NCBI RefSeq assembly: GCF_963506605.1
Contig: NC_083281.1
Location: forward strand, 83,824,001-83,888,000
DNA from: Zootoca vivipara
Lineage: Eukaryota
Reading direction: 5' to 3'
DNA: 64,000 nucleotides
Positions 58,502 through 64,000 of the stretch are shown one piece after another. Position 1 is the stretch's first letter. Each line of letters opens with the position of its first letter. A model generated the notes under the pieces. It was not told the DNA's origin. It searched no databases and was given only the letters and a program-made list of their open reading frames with translations. The translations under genes were made by a program, and so were the position numbers.

Positions 58502-58637
58502 CAGGCACCCCCAAACTTCGGCCCTCCCGATGTTTTGGACTATAATTCCCATCTTCCCCGACCACTGGTCCTGTTAGCTAGGGATCATGGGATTTGTAGG
58601 CCAAAACATCTGGAGGGCCGCAGTTTGGGGATGCCTG
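58502..58637. mobile_element. 136-bp palindromic hAT MITE nested in a tRNA-SINE
   Basis: CAGGCACCCCCAAAC / GTTTGGGGATGCCTG; flanking duplication gtctgactt. Confidence 0.88.
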
Positions 58638-59829
58638 GTCTGACTTGGTATAAGGTAGCTTCCTGTGTTCATATGACATGCACTGGAGAAGTAGTTGGAA
58701 AGTTAAACTTCATTGGCTAGTAGAAACAATGATTGGCTACTAAACCAAACCAAAATGTCTGGACGCTTGGGTTTGCTTTGTGCAGGTATATGTGGGGGTG
58801 CAGTAAGTCAGCCCCTTGATGGCCTGCAATAGCATATGAGCAAATTAGTGGCAAGTCTGCTTTTACATGCCAAATATGGATATTGATTTGGGTTCCCTGT
58901 AGTACTTAGAATTTGAACATTTCCCTATAGGTTGCATTGAAAGATAATTGTCTGGGCAGTAGAGTCAATTTCCCTGTCGAGCTTTGGCATTCATTTTTCT
59001 GAAGTGTATCTATGATGAGCATCTGTTAGGCATGGTTTTAGGTCCAGACTGTTTGCTACGGTATTTCGATCACACCATGTATCATGTTTTGAGGTGATGT
59101 AGAATCATGGGAATCAAGTTTTCTCCCCAGTTTAAAAAAAACGAGTTTCTTGTCTTCATTGTTGTAGAAATCCATTTGCATACTTTCTGGGTTCAATTCT
59201 GGATCTAGTTCAAGGTTTTCACATTGGATTTTTAAGCCCTAAATGACTCAGGCCCCCAATAACTGAAAGACCACCTTCTTCCCTACAAATCTTCTCAGGT
59301 GCCAAGTTTGTGGGGGATGGGGCTTTTTTTGGTGGTTCTGCTGCCTTCAGAAGCAGTGGTGGCAGCAGCCTGGGAGAAGCCTTCTTTGTGGCAGCCCCTA
59401 AGTTGTGGAACTACCTCTTCACAAAGATGCAGTTGGCAACTTCATTATACAGTTTTTGATGAATGATGAAGATGCAAATTGTTGTAACCCTTCCTGGGAC
59501 CTTAGGGTGAAGAGCAGGATAATAATAACTACAGTATGTAAAACTGGTGTCACCAAATGGGATCCTTGTTTGGTGGATGGATGTCTTGTATGGCTTCCTG
59601 GAACTATGGTCTATACCCCCATTTCTCATGTGGGAAAGGGTATATGATCATCTGTTGCCCAAGGATCTGTATTAGGACTGGCAAATTTTAACGTCTTCAA
59701 TAATGTACATGTTGGTGGAGGTTGTATCCACTCTGAGTAGTCCCACTGAAATGAATAGACATGACTAATTTAAAGTCCAGTAATTTCAACAGGTCTACTT
59801 TGAGTAGAATTTAGCTGGATGCCACCACC

Positions 59830-61290
59830 ATTGAGGTATCCCAGGTTTCCATATAACACCAAATTGTTTTAGGTGGTAAATAAAATGGAAAAGTGATTGT
59901 GAAGTGCTCCAAAGGGCTCTTCCCAAGCTGGGTAAAAGGAGAATAAATTGGCAAATGTGGTTCAGAATTCATCATGCGAAAGGCTGGACTAGATGAATCC
60001 CAAACTGGAATTAAGATTGCCGGAAGAAATATCAACAACCTCAAATATGCAGATGACACAACCTTGATGGCAGAAAGTGAGGAGGAATTAAAGAACCTTT
60101 TAATGAGGGTGAAAGAGGAGAGTGCAAAATATGGTCTGAAGCTCAACATCAAAAAAACCAAGATCATGGCCACTGGTCCCATCACCTCCTGGCAAATAGA
60201 AGGGGAAGAAATGGAGGCAGTGAGAGATTTTACTTTCTTGGGCTCCTTGATCACTGCAGATGGTGACAGCAGTCACGAAATTAAAAGACGCCTGCTTCTT
60301 GGGAGAAAAGCAATGACAAACCTAGACAGCATCTTAAAAAGCAGAGACATCACCTTGCCAACAAAGGTCCGTATAGTTAAAGCTCTGGTTTTCCAGTAGT
60401 GATGTATGGAAGTGAGAGCTGGACCATAAAGAAGGCTGACCGCCGAAGAATTGATGCTTTTGAATTATGGTGCTGGAGGAGACTCTTGAGAGTCCCATGG
60501 ACTGCAAGAAGATCAAACCTATCCATTCTGAAGGAAATCAGCCCTGAGTGCTCACTGGAAGGACAGATTGTGAAGCTGAGGCTCCAATACTTTGGCCACC
60601 TCATGAGAAGAGAAGACTCCCTGGAAAAGACCCTAATGTTGGGAAAGATGGAGGGCACTAGGAGAAGGGGATGACAGAGGATGAGATGGTTGGACAGTGT
60701 TCTCGAAGCTACGAACATGGGTTTGACCAAACTGCGGGAGGCAGTGGAGGACAGGAGTGCCTGGTGTGCTGTGGTCCATGGGGTCACGAAGAGTCGGACA
60801 CGACTAAACGACTAAACAACAACAGGTGTGAAGGTATGCATAATTGGGGCAAGGTACAGCATCATCTATATAAGATGATGAGGTCTGATCATGAAAGGGA
60901 TCTTGGGGTCATGGTGGACAGCTCACTAGAAACAGCCACTCAGACTGCGGTAAAATGTATATTTCTTGTTGGGGATCATTAGGAAGGGGGATTGAAAACT
61001 GCCATTATATACAAACCAGTAGTGCAACCGTTCTTGGAATACTGAATACTGTTTATAGTTCTAGTTGCTGCATTTCAAAAATATATTGTAGAGCTACACT
61101 AAGGGAGCCAGAATGATCGAGGGGCTGGAGCCAACAGGATAAAAGCCTAGGAAAAGTCGAGTAAAAGGGGACGTGATAGAGGTATATAGAATTTTGCATC
61201 ATGAAGAGAAAGTGGGTTGAGAGAAATCCTTAATTCATAATACTTGAAAATTGGGGGGGGGGGTGAGTTATCCAGTGAAACTAAAAAGGA
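59830..61290 (+). mobile_element. Decayed CR1 LINE fragment split by a Bov-B insertion
   Basis: ...tggcaaatgtggttca | Bov-B | ggtgtgaaggtatgcataattggggc...gaaagggatcttggggtc...ttggaatactg; CR1 ORF2-like sequence on both sides. Confidence 0.7.
59966..60823 (+). mobile_element. Bov-B (RTE) LINE 3' fragment with RT motif YADD, inactivated
   Basis: ORFs 59974..60399 (NNLKYADDTTLMAESEEEL) and 60399..60674; 1-nt frameshift near 60393 and CGA>TGA stop at 60672 relative to the 43.6-kb copy; ctaaacaacaac tail. Confidence 0.95.
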
Positions 61291-63189
61291 ACTTAAGAAG
61301 AGTCCTGCTTCATCTGACCAAAGGGCTGCCTGATCCAATATTCTGGTTCCCACCATGGCCAACAGAAAGCCCATACACAGGACATGAGGGCAGTCATGTA
61401 CCCCAGCACAGGTATCCAGAAGCACAACGCCTCTGCTCCTAGAGGTAGCATATCACCATCAGGATGAGAAGCAACAGAGAGCCTGACCCTCCATAAAGAC
61501 GTCTCATCCATTACAAAGCTGTCGTAAGTTGATGTCCATCACTACCTCTTTGTAGTAGAGAATTCAACAGTTTAACTACCTGGCACTGCGTGACCAAGTC
61601 CTTCCTTTTGTTTGTTGTGAATCTCCCATTCCCATACTCTTGCAGTCTCCTGTTCCTTTAAAGGAATTCCTGTATTTTACAAAATCTGTAATACCTTTAA
61701 TAATGAGGTGGTGACAAATCAAGAACTCATTTGTAAAACAAGCCTACTAGCATATACCTCAGCTCCGTAATATCTGTGGAAATGTTTTTTTTAAACAACA
61801 ACAACAATTATCAGTTTATGGAATTCTACTATTGCAATGAGCTGCAACATTTATGATCCTTTTTCTCTGTTGGTGTGTGTGTCGCTTACATGCTCTGTGT
61901 CATCTGTGGAGATCATACTGCAACAACTGACATCTTTATGCAAAGTCATTCAGTATATTCCAAAACATCACAATGTTGTTTTGCATGTTGAAGGTAATGA
62001 TTTAGCAATCGTTTGATGTTGCAATAGGAATTTGGGGATGTGTGTAGTGCCAGTGGCTAGGGTGTACTTCTTGTGAGCTGGGAATGACTAAGGAAAGACT
62101 ACAGTTCTCAGCAGACACTGGCGGTAATGCTAAAGAGGCAGGAGGCTTAGTTTGGAAGTATGTTAATTGTCACTGGAATAATAGGCCAATTGCATTCAAG
62201 TGATGAGGACTTTTGACATATTTTAGCTTAAGCCACTTGGTTTAAGCCTGATTATATCACTGTTAATGTAAGCCACTGGCACCAGAAATGCTGTATAATC
62301 AAGCCAGGTTATACAATATATAGAATTTGATTTATGGCAAGGAATTGACCTTTTAAAGCATTAATAAAATTTCTGTGAAGTCCCCATCCCCCTTTTCTCT
62401 CAGTGCAACTTTGCTTTTAAAAGAATCCAGATACGGTAGTTTGCACGCTTACTTTGCTGTTGCTTGAGTCAGGATTCATTCTGTCTCCTAATCTGGTGTG
62501 GGATCTTGTTTTGAATCCCACCCATGCACAGGACACCAGGCATGGAAACTGACCCTTACATGTGGCAAATAATAATTGCCTTCAGGCTGTTGGGTAGGAT
62601 TGTTTGTAAACTTGTAGTTATTCTACATGCTATGGAGATGAAAGCCTTGTTACACACAGGAAGGTGGGCTATATATCACATGCAATAGACCTGATTTCAG
62701 AGCCACGACATATTTCTCCGTAGGGAGGGCGCTGCCATATACTGAGTCAGAGCAATGGCCCATCTTGGTCAATTTTGTCTACACTGATTGGTAATGCACT
62801 CCATGGTTTCAATCAAAATGCCCTCCTGAGCCCTACCTGGAGATGCCAGGGATTTTACCTGTGACCTTCTGCATGCATGCAAAGCAGATATTCTGCCACT
62901 GAGCTAGGGCTCCTTCCCTCAATGACAATTAGGTACGCAGTGTAAAACAAAATTACCTCTTTCAGACGACTGTGGTACCCTCCAGATAATGTGGATTATG
63001 ACTTGAGGGCACCACACTGGTTGTACCAGGTCTAAAGGTTTCGCAAACAGTGGTTTATGAAGTGTTGGCCAAGCATTGGCATTTAGCTTAAATCTTGGCT
63101 TATTTTCATGATTAACTGGTATTAATCTGAGTTCAGCCCATTCACACATAATGGGGAATTCTGGTTTAATATAAGCTAGGACATTAAAG

Positions 63190-63375
63190 GGACGCGGGTG
63201 GCGCTGTGGTCTAAACCACTGAGCCTAGGGCTTGCCGATCGGAACGTCGGCAGTTCGAAGCCTCATGATGGGGTGAGCTCCTGTTGCTCGATCCCAGCTT
63301 CTGCCAACCTAGCAGTTCAAAAGCACGTCAAAGTGCAAGTAGATAAATAGGTGCCGCTCCGGCGGAAAGGTAAAT
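63190..63375 (+). mobile_element. Sauria SINE 5' half
   Basis: GGGACGCGGGTGGCGCTGTGGTCTAAACCAC...AAAGTGCAAGTAGATAAATAGG; same family as 5669-6028. Confidence 0.9.
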
Positions 63376-64000
63376 GAGATTTCCTTTTAAAAAAAAAGTG
63401 ATTGAATTTTACATACAGAGAAAAAAGAAAAAAGAGGGGGGGAGAAAAATTTATAAAGAAAATACAAAAAACAAAAAATGACAATGCTATCACATCTTAT
63501 TTCTTCGAACTTCTTCACTTCCCCTTCTTACAGTCCTTATTAATAATTAACTCTTACCACTTCCAAATCTTAACTAGACACCATAGACTTACATCTTATC
63601 TCCCATTTCATAACCTTATTCTTAAATAATTCTTATTCATTTTATATAGAAGAGTGAAGGAAAAATAGAGAGAGAACAAAACCCAAAATAAAAATAAAAA
63701 GACATAATACATAATCATATTTTCTAATTTGTAATCTAAACATTTCGGACTTCCTCATTTCCCCTTCTTGAGTTCCTTATGAGTCACTAATTATTGCAGT
63801 TTCCAAATCTAAGATTACCATCTTCCTTCCAATTTACAACTTCTTTTTAATCATTTACCCTTCATACTTTTCTTTACCTTTATTACCCAATATTCTCTAC
63901 CCTTTTACCCAAAAATATTCATAATTATTTTTCAAAATCTTTTCCCCCCTTTTTTATTCCCGCCCTCAAAACTAAATCTACCCCCTTTCCTTGGAATCGA

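Overview
Vertebrate genomic DNA, almost certainly squamate and probably a lacertid lizard (Sauria SINE, Bov-B/RTE, CR1, Penelope and hAT/Tc1-mariner MITE content). The gene order matches the conserved block CTNNBIP1(-, CpG-island 5' end only) - LZIC(-) - NMNAT1(+) - RBP7(+) - UBE4B(+, first exon only). I reconstructed full spliced CDSs by hand for LZIC (190 aa), NMNAT1 (282 aa) and RBP7 (134 aa). The main result is a fifth gene that the ORF track essentially misses: six small minus-strand coding exons between 27.9 and 33.0 kb, all GT-AG and phase-consistent, which splice into an intact 181-aa four-transmembrane protein. It has its own CpG-rich promoter near 34 kb and appears to be nested antisense in NMNAT1 intron 1. 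By synteny it is the probable orthologue of the poorly characterised TMEM274, which I recall being a pseudogene at this position in human. Other points are a Penelope-borne minimal hammerhead ribozyme motif, several nested transposon insertions with intact TSDs, a perfect 31-bp inverted repeat, and overlapping uORFs in the UBE4B leader. There is one 186-N assembly gap. Nearly all other ORF-track entries are spurious or repeat-derived.
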